A program made the translations under genes and the position numbers. A DNA stretch of 64,000 nucleotides, taken from Eledone cirrhosa (lineage: Eukaryota). Numbering within the stretch: position 1 is the stretch's first letter; every line of letters begins with the position of its first letter. Below are positions 39,233-52,306 of the stretch, in pieces. The stretch spans positions 83,390,001 through 83,454,000 of the forward strand of contig OZ024747.1 of assembly GCA_964016885.1 (NCBI GenBank), written 5' to 3'. The notes under the pieces were generated by a model. The model made no database searches. It saw only the letters and a list, made by a program, of their open reading frames with translations, and was not told the origin of the DNA.

Positions 39233-40329
39233 AATAATAATAATATTAATAATAATAATAATGTTAATAATAATAATAATGATGGTAATAAGATTAAGAA
39301 TAGAACAATAAGAAGAAGAATTGAAGAAGAATGGTGATGTGACTACACATACTGTTTGAATAGGGGGTCAATTTTTATGGAATATTAGATACATACACCG
39401 ATGGTGATCAGCCAAAAATAACACCATTTGTATCCATAAGTGACCAGGAATATGATGAAAAGGTCAAATATATTTCCCCCAAGAAACCAATTCTTAAATC
39501 CAATTCCAAAGTTCATATTCTTCCAAATTTTCAAAAAATCAAACTGGCCAGTTTAAATTTTGTGAAGAAAGAATTCTTGTGGACAACTTATATATATATA
39601 TATATATATATACAAAAAGGAAAATGCGAAGTTGAAGATGTTAGGGTCCTTTATTAATTGAGCTGTTATACATATTTCAATGACGATAGAAATCGTGATT
39701 TCTTCAGACAGCAAAAATTGATTAAAAAGTAACATTTCAGAGGCAATTTTATGTGGAAGGGAGCGGACTAAAAAAAAGGTGTGTTTTTGCTCTGAGTGTC
39801 TGCTCCCTTCGGATATATATATTAGTGATATCTCAGTAATGAACAACAACGGCAGCAGCAATAACAACAACAACGACAACGACAACAACAACAACCATCA
39901 TCATCACTGACACCATCCACCACCACCACCACCACCATCACCATCACTGACACCATCCACCACCACCACCATCACCATCACCAGCGATCAGGCCTTAAGA
40001 GGAAGAAAACAACTATAATAATAATAATAACTATTCTGTTCTTGGCACGGGGCAGCGATTGTCCCAGCGCATTGCTGGTGCCTTTTTTGGGGCCGGAGCG
40101 TGGAGGGCCGTTGCTCTATGCTGTAAAGCAAACAATTATTATCATTATAAAAATACTGAACTGTAAAAGTCAACAGTTGACATGATCTTGTATCAGTACT
40201 GATGGTAATATATGTATGTGTGTGAGTGGCGTGTGTGTGTTTGTATGCATAAGTGTTGGTGTGTGAGTGAGTGTGTGTGTGTGTGCCATGAGTGTCAATA
40301 AGTGGTATTTAAAAAAAAAATTTTTTTAT

Positions 40330-42810
40330 TATGACCATGCTGTAAAATGGAGGAGTAGAGAGGGCCCATGAGTCCAGTAAGACATCCTCTCTAGTGCTGG
40401 TGGCACGAATAAAAGCACCCAGTCCATGCTGTAAAGTGGCACTGGTGTTAGGAAGGGGATCCAACCAGTGTATCAATGCCAAAACAATTATGAGCACAGC
40501 AACAAATATATAGGAACAACAAAAATATGAAGACGTCACATCTCAGAGTTGCAACACTTAATGTTGGCACTCTCAGAGGTAGATCTGGTGAAATAGCGGA
40601 GATGCTGGAGAGAAGGCATGTGGATGTGTGCTGCGTGCAAGAGGTGAGATGGAGAGGTGCCTCTGCGAGATTAATTGCAGGCAAACATCGTAGTTATAAG
40701 CTTTTCTGGATAGGTAAGGATGATGAGTTAGGGAGAGTAGGCATTTTCCTGGCTGAGAGATGGATCAATAAGACAATAGAGGTAGTTCGAGTTAATAATC
40801 GAATAATTACGCTTAGATTAGTTGTAGGCAGGAGACTACTGACAATCATCTCTGCCTATGCTCCTCAAGCAGGCCTAGGTAAAGAAGAGAAAGACTGCTT
40901 TTACAAGCAACTTTTACAAACAGCCGCAATGACAGAGGACGGAGACATCGTTATGCTAGCAGGGGACTTCAATGGTCATGTTGGACAGTTCCAGGATGGT
41001 TACACTGGGGTACATGGTGGGCACGGTTATGGCTCAAGAAATGAAGAAGGAGTGAAACTTCTTGAATTTTGTGATGCAAGTACACTGACTATTTGCAAAC
41101 ACTAACTTCCAGAAACCTGCCAACCACTTAATAACCTACAAATCAGGCGAACACATAAGCCAGATTGGGTTCTTACTAGTTAGGCAGTGGAACAGGCAGA
41201 TGGTGTCAAATACCAAGGCATACCCTGGGGAAGAATGTACCCCACAGCAAAGGTTAGTCATTAGTGATATCTCAAGAAGCAAGAGATGGAATGAGACATA
41301 CAGGAAGGTGTGGAGAAGAAAGGTCTAGAAACTAAAAGACGTTTCACTAAAATACAAATTTAGGAAAGCCCTTCAAGATGTGTATGACGAAAAAGAAGAC
41401 GATTTAGAGTCGTATGACATAGATAATAACTGGCATTTCTTATGTGTCAACTTACTGCAGGCTACTGATGAAACTTGTGGCTGGAGCAGAGCTCCAACCA
41501 GACATAGAGTGACCTGGTGGTGGAACAGCACAGTAGATAGGGCCATTAGAGACAAAAGACTAGCATGGAAGGCTTGGAAAAAGAGTCGGTAGAGAAGGAT
41601 ATACAGCCGCTAAGAGAGAAGCTAGACGTCAGGTGTACTTAGCATGCAGGGAGGCTGAGAGTAGGAGGTTTGCCAATGTTCTGCGACGGGAAGATCAGAG
41701 ACGTGCGGTGTTCCACATTGCAAGGCAGTGTGTCAATGCAAATCAGGATGTTGTTGGTGATAAATGTGTCCGAAATGATGCCAGTGTACTTAGTGTCACG
41801 AATGATCAGAAAAAGGAGGCCTGGAAATGTCATTATGAGAGACTGATAAATGTGGAGAATGAATGGGAGAGAGAGAGAAATTACCCTCAGTAGATCCGAC
41901 AGAGGGACCAGCTATTGAGATTGACGAATATAGGGTCCAAGAGACGATTAAGGAAATGAAAAATGGTAAGGCTGCTGGACCGTCGGGGATAGTTGCTGAG
42001 ATGCTGAAGGCATCAGGGGACGTAGGCACTAAACTGGTTGCACGCATCATCAATCAGGCTATATATGGTGGTGTCATATCCAAAGACTGGTGCAGCAGTA
42101 TTCTCATAAATTGCTACAAAGGTAAAGGGGATGCTCTGGAGAGGACAATTATAGGGGTATAAAACTGATGGATCAGGTTATGAAAGTGGTAGAAAGGATA
42201 TTAGCACAACTAATTAGAGAAAGGGTCAAACTAGATGAGATGCAGTTTGGGTTTGTGCCTGGGAAAAGTACAACAGATGCCCTATTCTGGTGAGACAATT
42301 ACAAGAGAGGTTCTTAGAGAAAAATAAGCCACTATACTTAGCCTTTGTTGACCTAGAGAAGGCCTTTGATAGGGTACCTCGATTTGTCATTTGGTGGTCC
42401 CTAAGGAAACTAGGTGTTGAGGAATGGCTTGTGAGGACAGTACAAACTTTGTACAGAGGTGCTGTCAGTAAAGTCAGGGTAGGAATGGAGTTTAGTGAGG
42501 AATTCCAGATACAAGTAGGAGTGCATCAAGGTTCGGTCCTCAGCCCACTCTTGTTCATTATAGTCCTCCAAGCCATAACAGAGGAGTTTAAGACTAGCTG
42601 TCCAGGGGAACTTCTCTATGCTGATGATCTGGTTCTTATAGCAGAATCAGTAGAGGAGCTAGAGAATAAATTCTGGCTATGGAAACAGCAGTTGGAAGCA
42701 AGAGGACTGAGAGTGAACCTAGCTAAGACAAAAGTGTTGATGAGTAGAAAAGAGGACAAAACTCTGATTCCGTCAGGGAAGTGGCCATGTTCGATATGCA
42801 GAAAAGGAAC
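40330..42810 (+). mobile_element. RTE family 4 LINE, 5' end intact, 3'-truncated, frameshifted
   Basis: ORF 40527-41105 APE endonuclease (VATLNVGTL, CVQEVRW, SAYAPQ, AGDFNGHVG). RT fragments 41863-42162 and 42290-42826 (FVDLEKAFD, QGSVLSP, YADD). Confidence 0.95.
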
Positions 42811-42995
42811 TGGCATAAAGATGTGATAGTCATCGAAAATGGGGGCTAGTGCACACGTGTCAGAAATCCTGGTTTCACTGATGGAAGGCACATCCATATC
42901 TAGTGACCTGAGGTCGTTCAGCAATTGACCTTGCTTCCATGACAACCCCAGGCCACAAACATTTAGACAACCTACTCTTTTAATCCCCATGTTGC
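42811..42995 (-). mobile_element. Tx1/L1-like ORF2 endonuclease N-terminal fragment
   Basis: MGIKRVGCLNVCGL...LLNDLRSLDMDV.SISETR (LNVxGL and QET motifs of APE). Confidence 0.7.
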
Positions 42996-43015
42996 CTGGT
43001 TGATCAAAAGAGAAA

Positions 43016-43434
43016 ATAATTGTTTCTAATTTAGGTACAAAACCAGTAATTTAGTGAGGGGAAATTCAATTAAATTGATCTAGCATTTTACTGGTACTTT
43101 ATTCAATTGAGCCTGGAAAGATGAAATGCCAAGTTGACCTTGGCAGGTTTTGAACTCACAACAAAAACAGCCATAATTAAATGCAGCAAAGCATTTTGTC
43201 AAATGCTCTCAGGATTCTGCCAATCCATCATCTAATAAGGGTTTATCACAGAGGCACATTGCCAGAACTCTAGGGGAGGGGAATATCAATCATATCAACC
43301 CCAGTACTTGTCTGGTATATTATTTTATTGACCTTGGAAGGATGAAACGTAAAGCTGACCTCTGCAGGATTTGAACTCAGAATGTAAAGAGCCGTAATTA
43401 AATGCTGCAAAACATTTAGTTCTATGGTTTAATG
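43016..43434 (-). mobile_element. Two degenerate SINE family A-related copies; the second is interrupted by the hAT element
   Basis: tggta(c/t)(t/a)ttatt...gatgaaa...gttgacct...tttgaactca motifs occur twice. Confidence 0.7.
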
Positions 43435-45732
43435 CACAGGTTCTCAACCCATTTAGGCCAAACGCCCCCTTTTGTCCCTTGAAATCACGAAACGCCTCCT
43501 ACCCTATTTTTCCATTTTTCAATATACTACTGATTTTGATATCAGTAGATTACTAAAAAATTGATTAACAATATTCCAAAGATACCATTGCAGGCAGCTG
43601 AGAGTATAAATACATTCCTTGAAAGGAAATATATAAATTTCAAAAAAAGGAACATAAATGTTCTTTTTTATGAATAAGGACCAGTTGAATTTGTTATATT
43701 TCCACCAGGCGATACCAGCTATTTTGAACATTTATACAAGAACAACTCTGTCTATTCCAAGTGTGCTCTTATCTGGAAGAAAGTGGCAATTATATCATTT
43801 CAAAGCTTTCCAATTTTCCCTTTAATGAAACGGACAGAATAAATGTTGATATCGAACTTGATGTCCCCTCTGCTTTGTGAGCTTAGAGACCATGGAAGAG
43901 GGTTTTCATGACTACGCTGGAGGGTATATTTATTAATAAATGGTAAAATATATACAACAAATGAGTAATTGAATTGTAGTAGATGGTTTCCAGTCCAGTC
44001 AGACTGCAACTACAAATAAAAAAATTGTTAGTTTGCTTTGTAACAATAGCATATCCAAGTTTTCGGATAAATCAACTTACTTTAACTTTGACTCATTTCA
44101 ATGGGACCCTTGAGCTTCATGGAGCCTAGCTAACTCTTTGACATGGGGCTCAATTTTCCTAAGATGTAGCCAGAGATCTCCACGTGTAATTACATTGTAG
44201 TGGTTGCGAGCCTTACTGTGAAGTCTGGAAACGGCACCAAACCTCCTCTCGACTAAGTATGAGCTTGGAAAAGGCAGAGCAAATCTCTTAGCCTCTGCAT
44301 GTAGGTGTGGAAATCAATGCTGAATTTCCTTTTGCATTCCAAAAAGGGGTTCACCTATTTTGGGAAATCTACTTTTGATCATGTCATCTGCTTGAAGTTC
44401 AATGAATTCTTCCTGAAATTTAACGTCCAAATCGTCGACGTTAGTTATGAAAGGATCTGCTATCCACATTGGGATGTCCATCGGCAAAAGGTTGACAAAC
44501 CGTTCTCTCATGTTGTCGTGTAGCGCACGGAGGTGAGTGGTATAAATTTGGAGTTGGTCATCACTTACAATGTTTTGAACATTGGCGACACTAGGAAAAT
44601 TATAGAATTCCCGTCAACAAAGATTCCTTTCGATGACATTTAATTTGGCCAGGAATGTTTTCACAGCATTCCTTGCTTTAAGCAAGGTGATCTTCTTCCC
44701 CTGCAAAGACAAAATTACGCTATTGCATTTGTCGAATATGTTGGTGAGGTAGGCGCATCGAGGGTTTTCTTGTACAGTTCTGTGTTGCGTCCTCGCAGAA
44801 ACTCAATGATAGAGTCGAAGAGTTCAAAGAAGTGAGTAAAGCACTTGCCCTTTGAAAGCCACCTCACTTCAGTATGAAGGAGCAGCTTGACGAATTCTTC
44901 ATCATTATCTTGGCACAGTTGCCGGAAAATTCGTTCATTGAGGGAATGCCGTTTGATAAAATTTATGACATCAATGGCCACCTGCAAGGACTTGCTCAGC
45001 GGCTTGCTGAGTTTCTTCGCAGCCAAGTGTTGTCAATGAATGACACAATGAACAGCAAATACAGATAGATTTTCTCTCTTCAGAAGAGTGACGAAGCCCT
45101 TATATTGGCCGACCATTGCTCTTGCATCGTTCGTAGCACATGATACAATGTGTGTTGTATGTGGTCCTAGATGTATGTAGTACCTGCTTATGTATTGCAT
45201 GTGGTCCTAGATGTGTGTGCTACCTCCTTATGTGTTGCATGTGGTCCTAGATGTGTATATTACCTGCTTATGTGTTGTATGTGGTCCTAGATGTGTGTTA
45301 CCCGCTTCTGTTTTTTCTTTTCTTTTTTTATTTGTAATATTATTTATACAATAGGGAATAAAATAGATCTACATAGATCTACATCGTTACGGTTGAGTCA
45401 ATAATTTCAGACATGAAATACATTGTTATCGGTGAAGGAAAGATAAGATTCTAACTGGCTGCACTCAAAGTGTCCTTGACCCAGTTGACTGTGGGGTTTT
45501 CCATTTTTAGGATCTCAATTTCCGGACACACCTGCACACCTGCGGTTAGACTATAGTTATGCTGTCTGCAAGCTCATTCGAATGCATTTACACTGGCTGT
45601 CTCAAAGACATATAAATAGGCCTATAAAATTTACCAAAGTAAAGAGCCTTCCAGTGCCCCCTTATCCCCCCCCCCCCCCGGAGTTCCGGAACGCCCCTCG
45701 GGGGTGCATATGCCCCCCGTTGAGAACCTTTG
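43435..45732 (-). mobile_element. hAT DNA transposon (Charlie/Buster-like), internally deleted copy 2
   Basis: Same TIRs as copy 1. Perfect 8-bp TSD GTTTAATG (43427-43434, 45733-45740). 40-bp repeat x4 at about 45151-45305. Transposase fragments 44715-45026 and 44314-44511. Confidence 0.95.
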
Positions 45733-46780
45733 GTTTAATGCAATCAAATCACTTTCCAGAATTCTTTTTACTAGTTTACTCTCCTTAATGTCATTAAATA
45801 TATCTGTAAGGTGTAGCGACTTCTGTCATCCAAATCCAACAAAGTAACCATTACAAACAATATACTCCTGAGCTGGTTGCTAATTACTAAACCTGTTGTT
45901 GATGCACATAAATACATAATTTATTTCCCCTTTCCTGTATATTTGATCATATGCTGAGTCTAGTCAACTTGCAAAGGAAATAGGCTTTGCTGAGGAGATC
46001 TAATAAGATTGAAACATATCTGTTTCTTTCACCAAATTAGTTTATAGGTTTATAGACAAGGTGCACTCCCACTGCCACAACATATATTGTGCCAAAAAAA
46101 CTTTGGACCAGCTCAGACTATAGGAGTTCTCTCCCTTGTTTGCTTCTCATCACCTGAACACCTATAAAATTGAAATTGCAACAGTCTCAGTTCCTTGAAG
46201 TTTTTTCCAACTTGTTATATTCAGATTTTATGACTCCAATTGTATGTATTTAGCAGGTGTGAGAGTGGTTTGTTTGTTGAAGTTGTTTGCTTGATTGGTT
46301 CATTTGTAGTGGTGTAGTAGGAGTTGCAAGATGAAGTTGATGAAGTAGTTGAATGAGTGGTTTGTTGGTCAAGTCAATGACAAGTCAGTGAAGTGTGTCT
46401 CAGTGAGTTGAGGGGATTGTTATTGTGAAGTATTGCCATCATTCGTTGCATGATTTACTTCAAAATCATGTGCAATAGAACACGAGAAAAAGGTACATGT
46501 ATAATTGTGGTGTGTTGATTATGTGTGTGAGTGTAGAATCTGAAAGTAGTGAATTTGACTAACCTTTCATTGAGGTTGGTATCTAGCTATGTTAGCATTG
46601 AACTAGTGAATGTATGGCTACATGATGAACTGTGCCAGGCTGAAAACAAACTGTCTGAGGCAGAGCAAAGAAGCAGACTCCTTTCTCTGGGGTCAAAATT
46701 TCTTGTATTTATAATGGCTGGGTCCCCAGAGTCCATTAAACATATGATCTTTCCTTTTAAACACATTTTTGCAGGTCCTC

Positions 46781-46986
46781 TGCACACAGAGACCAGGTCT
46801 CATTACCATGTAGCATGGCTGCTTGTCTACATGCAGCATACAATTTGCCCTTCATTTTGAGGGAAAAACCTTTTGTAGCTAGAAGAAGTAGTAGCTCCAT
46901 GAACTTTTTCCATCCTATCCTCACTTTGGCTACTGTACTTTCGGAACACCCACCGCCATTGCTAATTTGGTGACCCAGGTAACAAA
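46781..46986 (-). mobile_element. RTE LINE internal fragment
   Basis: Encodes FCYLGHQISNGGGCSESTVAKVRIGWKKFMELLLLLATKGFSLKMKG. Confidence 0.85.
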
Positions 46987-47445
46987 ACAGTAAATATTAG
47001 TGAAGGACATATGAAGTTGTGCCTAAATTTATTCAGCTATTATCCATATTTCACTGGGATTGAGGATTAGGTGGTGTGACTTTCACATAACCGGGTGCTG
47101 GCCAACTTAATGACAACTGGGTGTATGCTGGCCCCTCGTATTGATAAAATTTAGAAGTTGCTTGTTTTTATCTCTGATTACTATCTGATGAATTTGGGCT
47201 GACGGTTGCATGGAAATCACACCACCAATCGCCGACTCCAGTGAAATATGTATAATAGTTAAATAAATTTATGCACAACTTCATATAGCCTTCACTAATA
47301 TTTACTGTCCTGCATGTATACTCCATCTCAGACCACCAAAATGAATTTGGATTAGTACATGTTGTTGAGTGCTTTATTCTATTAACATCACTATTAACTG
47401 ATTAGAGTGTGGATTGTACAACTCTAGTCGGATAACACCTTATAG
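46987..47445 (+). mobile_element. Inverted-repeat + hammerhead + TGTTGAGTGC cassette (Penelope-like terminal structure)
   Basis: Arms 46987-about 47095 and about 47205-47308; box at 47363-47372; ends at (TA)n. Confidence 0.7.
47180..47259 (+). ncRNA. Type-I hammerhead ribozyme with extended, degenerate stem II
   Basis: actat CTGATGA atttgggctgacggttg...caatcgccgactccagt GAAA tatgta TA atagt. Confidence 0.7.
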
Positions 47446-47573
47446 AATATATATATATAATATACACATATATACAATATAGCAACATGAATAGACCCGT
47501 TATTTTTCTCTGAAAACATTTTTTTTCGATTCCGCCCTGCCCGTCCCTTCAATCTTTCTAATTTCTCATTCTT

Positions 47574-47609
47574 TCTTCTGATGAAGGACTAGCATCTGAA
47601 ACGTTAAGA
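47574..47609 (+). ncRNA. Minimal hammerhead-like motif
   Basis: tctt CTGATGA aggactagcatct GAAA cg TT aaga; stem II is weak. Confidence 0.5.
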
Positions 47610-47889
47610 CCCTCTTCCTACTATTTTAAGCGTTAACCTAATATATTCCTTCCATATACTGTACCAATTGTGTTGTTATTTCTGTTTACCTTTTACACCC
47701 ACACACATATACAGTATATGTATATACACACACACAGTTTAGGGCTTCTAACGTTAAGTTACTGTAGGTTCACTAAAGTGAGCAATCGAGGTGTAGTCCC
47801 AGTATGTACTTTGGGGTTGTACTAAGCAGAGTGTAATAATAACAATAATAATAATATGGACGAGGTGTCAAATTTTCATTATGTTTATT

Positions 47890-47980
47890 GAGGTCCGACG
47901 TGCGTTTCGTGATTGATCAGCTCAAAGTTTGATCTGTATCGATTGGGCCTGACTCAGCAATCAAAAGCTCATCAGACTTC
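47890..47980 (-). ncRNA. Hammerhead ribozyme, degenerate stem I
   Basis: Minus strand: gaagt CTGATGA gcttttgattgctga...tgatcaatcac GAAA cgcacg TC ggacctc. Confidence 0.55.
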
Positions 47981-50128
47981 TGAACAGCGTTAAATATATA
48001 TATATCTGTTCTCATTCATTTGTGGTGGTCAATTATATATACACGCACACATATATAATATCAGCATACATATATATATATACAGACATATAGAGAGAAA
48101 GAGAGATAAAGCTGCTGATTTCTGGTGTGAATGAAAGCATTTTAGAATATTTTGGACATTTGCCTCCTTCCACTTTTGTGTTCCATGAAATTCTAAACGA
48201 AAATCTGTAGAACGTTTTTGACAGATCGTAATATTTATGTGTGACAGACGCAAAAGAAATGCAGTACAGTTATAATATAGAATTGTAATATTTTATAATT
48301 TTGGTTAAGATTAGTTAAAAGTATTTTTATACTTGATTCAAGGCTGTTTTCTCTCTGTAAATTTGTGTGTAGAATGTTTTTGTTAGTTTCATTGAAAATA
48401 TAGAATACAAAATTTTATTTGAAACGAATTTATAAATGATAGATATTTATTTGAAATATGATGACTAAAATTCACAATATTGTCCCATTCCATTCAGAAT
48501 GGAACATTCAATAAATCTGAAATAAAATGTAACTTGATGAAAAAAGGTATTTCATGTCGAGTGGAAAAGGAAATACAAATTAAAATGTCAGAAACTTTCA
48601 AATTTCTTATTCTTTAAAGTAATTGCTTCTTATGTAGACAGGAAGCTTTGGACTTTTAGGGGTAAGGATATGGGGAAGTTACAACAAGCACGCCTCTCCC
48701 AAGTGTCATTAGCTACATAAATGAAGTGAAACGATTCCAATTGCATATCGAAATGGGTCCTTTTGGTTTTCGCGATAAAGTACAAAGTAAAAGAAATGTG
48801 ATATACAGTAAGAAGAGATGGAAAGAGAAAGAAGGAAAAATATCTCTCTATAAGAGGCAGTAAAAGAATCATAATGCAGCATGATACACCACTATACAAC
48901 AGAGAGAGAGAGAAAAATAGAAACAGTGTGAGGAGGAGATAAGAAATAACTTTAATTCGATTTATCGATTAGAATACTAATTCCAGAAACAATATTTTTC
49001 TTTGATCAATAAATAATATTCAATCGAATTAGTATAGATTTTTTTAGTTCTGTAAAACCGTATTTGTAAGGTATATTTCGTCTATTAGTTACTAAGTACA
49101 AACTGGGGTGGCTGCCTGTAGTGACGTCACACCGACCGTCATCCGGGTGATTCATCATGGCTGCTCTATTTACAACATTGTTATAATGCTTCATCGGGCT
49201 CCATTTCCGGAATTTCCGTGAAGGTTTGTCATGTTATTTTATTTTTTAAACACTTTAGAAAAGTGTCTTCCTAAAACAGTATCGATAATTTAGGCTAAGA
49301 TTACGTTGTGTAAGTTGAGCACGCGAGAGCACAGAGGTCGTTTAGATGCTCGATTCATACATATAGCTTCAACGCTTCATTCTTTTTGTCCACAACATTT
49401 GAACGAATTAAGGCCACTACTGTCTGACCGCTAAATTAATTTAATGTCTTCTCAACCCTTATGTATAAACACCTTTAGATGTCATTGTTTTTATATTGTA
49501 GTAGATTATTCAAGTTAGCAACCTTTTTCCAGCCTTATGTTTCAGTGTGTAATTCGACCGAACACCAAATTCAGCAACCCATGTGATTGCCTCATACATT
49601 TCTTTCGTGTTGTCATTTACCGAAATCCCTCATTTCTCTTAGTTGTACATAACATTGTGTTGCCTGCAACAGCTAATATATCATTTATTCTCCGAAGGGG
49701 GCCTGTTGAAGTAAATATACCAGTTAAACTGTTTTTGGTAGCTTGTCAAACACCGATGTGTCTGTTCACTTCTCCTTCCCGATTCTCTCTATTTTTGTAG
49801 TCTTCGCCCTTTTTTCTGTATGTCCCCCTTACTTCTACCTACCTTATGAACGTTTGAACTATTATGAAAGAAATTGACAACAATGGATCGGAAAAGAAAC
49901 GAAAACAACCTTTATTATGATATACTAAATAACATTCTGGCCTCGAGGATACTTCACGGCAGTTGACAAATGTCATTGCTCGATGTCTAAATATATTCTA
50001 AAATTCCCATCCTATCCTATGTAGTATAAACACTCTTGTAATTTTTTTTGTATCTGTATAGATTACCCAAGTTGAAATAGACATCTACATACACACACAC
50101 ATTTATATATTCATCCAAACGTGTGTGC

Positions 50129-50174
<46 letters not shown>

Positions 50175-50362
50175 ACACAAACACGTTTGGATGAACACTT
50201 AGAAAAAAGTAATCAATGCATGTAGTAGAGAGTATCAGCTTAGAATGAACATAACTCATATAACTCAACATGACTATAAACTCATACGCACATATAAATT
50301 TATAGGCCTCTCTCTCTCTCTACATACATATATACACAAGCCATTTCTATGCTATATATATA

Positions 50363-50513
50363 TAATATAGAAATGGCTTTTACACGACTAGAACTGTTTC
50401 ATTCGAAGGAAGCAGTTCTAGTCCTGTAGAAGACATTTCTATATTAAATATTTATACTCTGCTATGTATTGAGTACCTTACTTACTGTGGTTACCTCCGA
50501 TTGAACCCAGGAC
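50363..50513 (+). mobile_element. (TA)n-adjacent hairpin cassette with TATTGAGTAC box
   Basis: Hairpin 50363-50446 (taatatagaaatg...gactagaactgtttc / gaagcagttctagtc...catttctatatta); box at 50467-50476. Confidence 0.65.
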
Positions 50514-50569
50514 ACACACACACACACATACACACACACACACACACACACTATATATATATAATTAGA

Positions 50570-50700
50570 AGATGTATAAAATATCATGTTCAAACATTAA
50601 CTGAATGAGCTCTCAATACGAGTGGGTAAAGTGCAGAAATTTATTTTCTAAGCAGAAAAGTGGCAGTGACATCGAAGTTTCAGTTTCATCTACTTCAAAT
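50570..50700 (-). repeat. Dispersed short repeat, copy 3 (homologous to 1190-1330 and 1815-1950)
   Basis: Minus strand: ctgaaacttcgatgtcactg...cgtattgagagctcattcagttaatgtttgaac. Confidence 0.6.
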
Positions 50701-50817
50701 TTGGAGGTGAGATACTCTTTCTTTTGCGAAGGAAATTAGTGTCTGTTGATTCAAACCGTTTGGCTTCTCTTGTTCATCTTTGGAGGTGGTAAGGGTTAAC
50801 TATTGTGTGTGTGTGTG

Positions 50818-50851
<34 letters not shown>

Positions 50852-51873
50852 GACACATATACACACACTCAGATATATAAAAATGCGACAATAAAAAATA
50901 AAAATCTCAGAACGCAAAGTAGCTGTTAAGGTATATAAGGTTCATTATACACACATTTGTATATGTGAAAGGGAAATACATATACATACACACACAAACA
51001 CACATTATATATGCATGTGTGTGGGTGTGTGCGTCTGTATATAAAATGTGCGTGTATGTATGTATATATATATATACACTCATACATATATAGTGCTCAT
51101 TGTGTTGACTGTCGATTTGTGTATAATTATTTTGGTTGGTATTTTGACACACCCGATAGTAATCATTTTTTGTGTGCAGTGTATGTCTGTATCTGCGCGT
51201 TATTGGTATATATTCTAGTATGCTTTATATGTATATATAAACTCACTTACATAGTGTATATACACACTTATGAGTTATTATTAATATATATTCCTTGTAT
51301 ACCCACCTACATACGCCATACATATACTAGTATATGCATATACACTCGCTTACACTAAGATATATATTTATATAGTCCCTTGTATTAATATATAAAAATT
51401 CAGTAGTGGAAGAGAGACAGGCAGCTGTGAAAGCAAAGCAGGTTTATGTTGTATTCTGTTACAACACGCCACCATTCGTTCTCTTTACCTCTAGTTGAGC
51501 CTGCTAACATGCATACCTGTATGTATGTACGTGAACACACTCGCATATCTATACCTGTGTGTGTAGACGTAAATATAATATACGTCTGAGTGTGTATATA
51601 TATCTATATATGCTTCTGTGTGTGCGTGTGTGAACACATCTATCCAATGTTTCAGATAACTTTGTCTGTGCGGCGGCGAAGGGCACTGTGTTACTACTAC
51701 CACCACTACCTCCTCCATCACCTTGTTGCTTCTAGCTATCTTCCTTCCTAAAGCAGGCGATCTCTTTGAATTTCGTTGCGATCATTTATTAGGTCTACTG
51801 TTAAACCTACACCGGTATTATTTTAAAGCCACACCATATTATAAGTAATACGTATATATATATATATATATAC

Positions 51874-51928
<55 letters not shown>

Positions 51929-52080
51929 TACTCCCTGTTGCTACTCTAAGTTTCTCGGATTGCTCTTTCCAGATGAAAGATTAACGCTTAATACGTTGAA
52001 ACCTTTATTTATCTTTATTCCCAAGCGTGAAACTAACAAGACTTCGTTTTTGCATCTCTATGTTCATTTTGTTATTCTTG

Positions 52081-52137
<57 letters not shown>

Positions 52138-52260
52138 TAAAACATTGTTATATTTGCGAATTTTAAAACCTAATATTTATTTGTTTCCCCTTCTTTTTTA
52201 TAATTAAAATACATAGAAATAACAAGAAAAAAAAAAGAAGTTATTTTCTATCTACAGCAG

Positions 52261-52303
<43 letters not shown>

Positions 52304-52306
<3 letters not shown>

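Noticed and set aside
42616-42990. Single 124-aa protein
   Set aside because: Chimera of a Tx1-like EN start and the antisense strand of the RTE family 4 copy.
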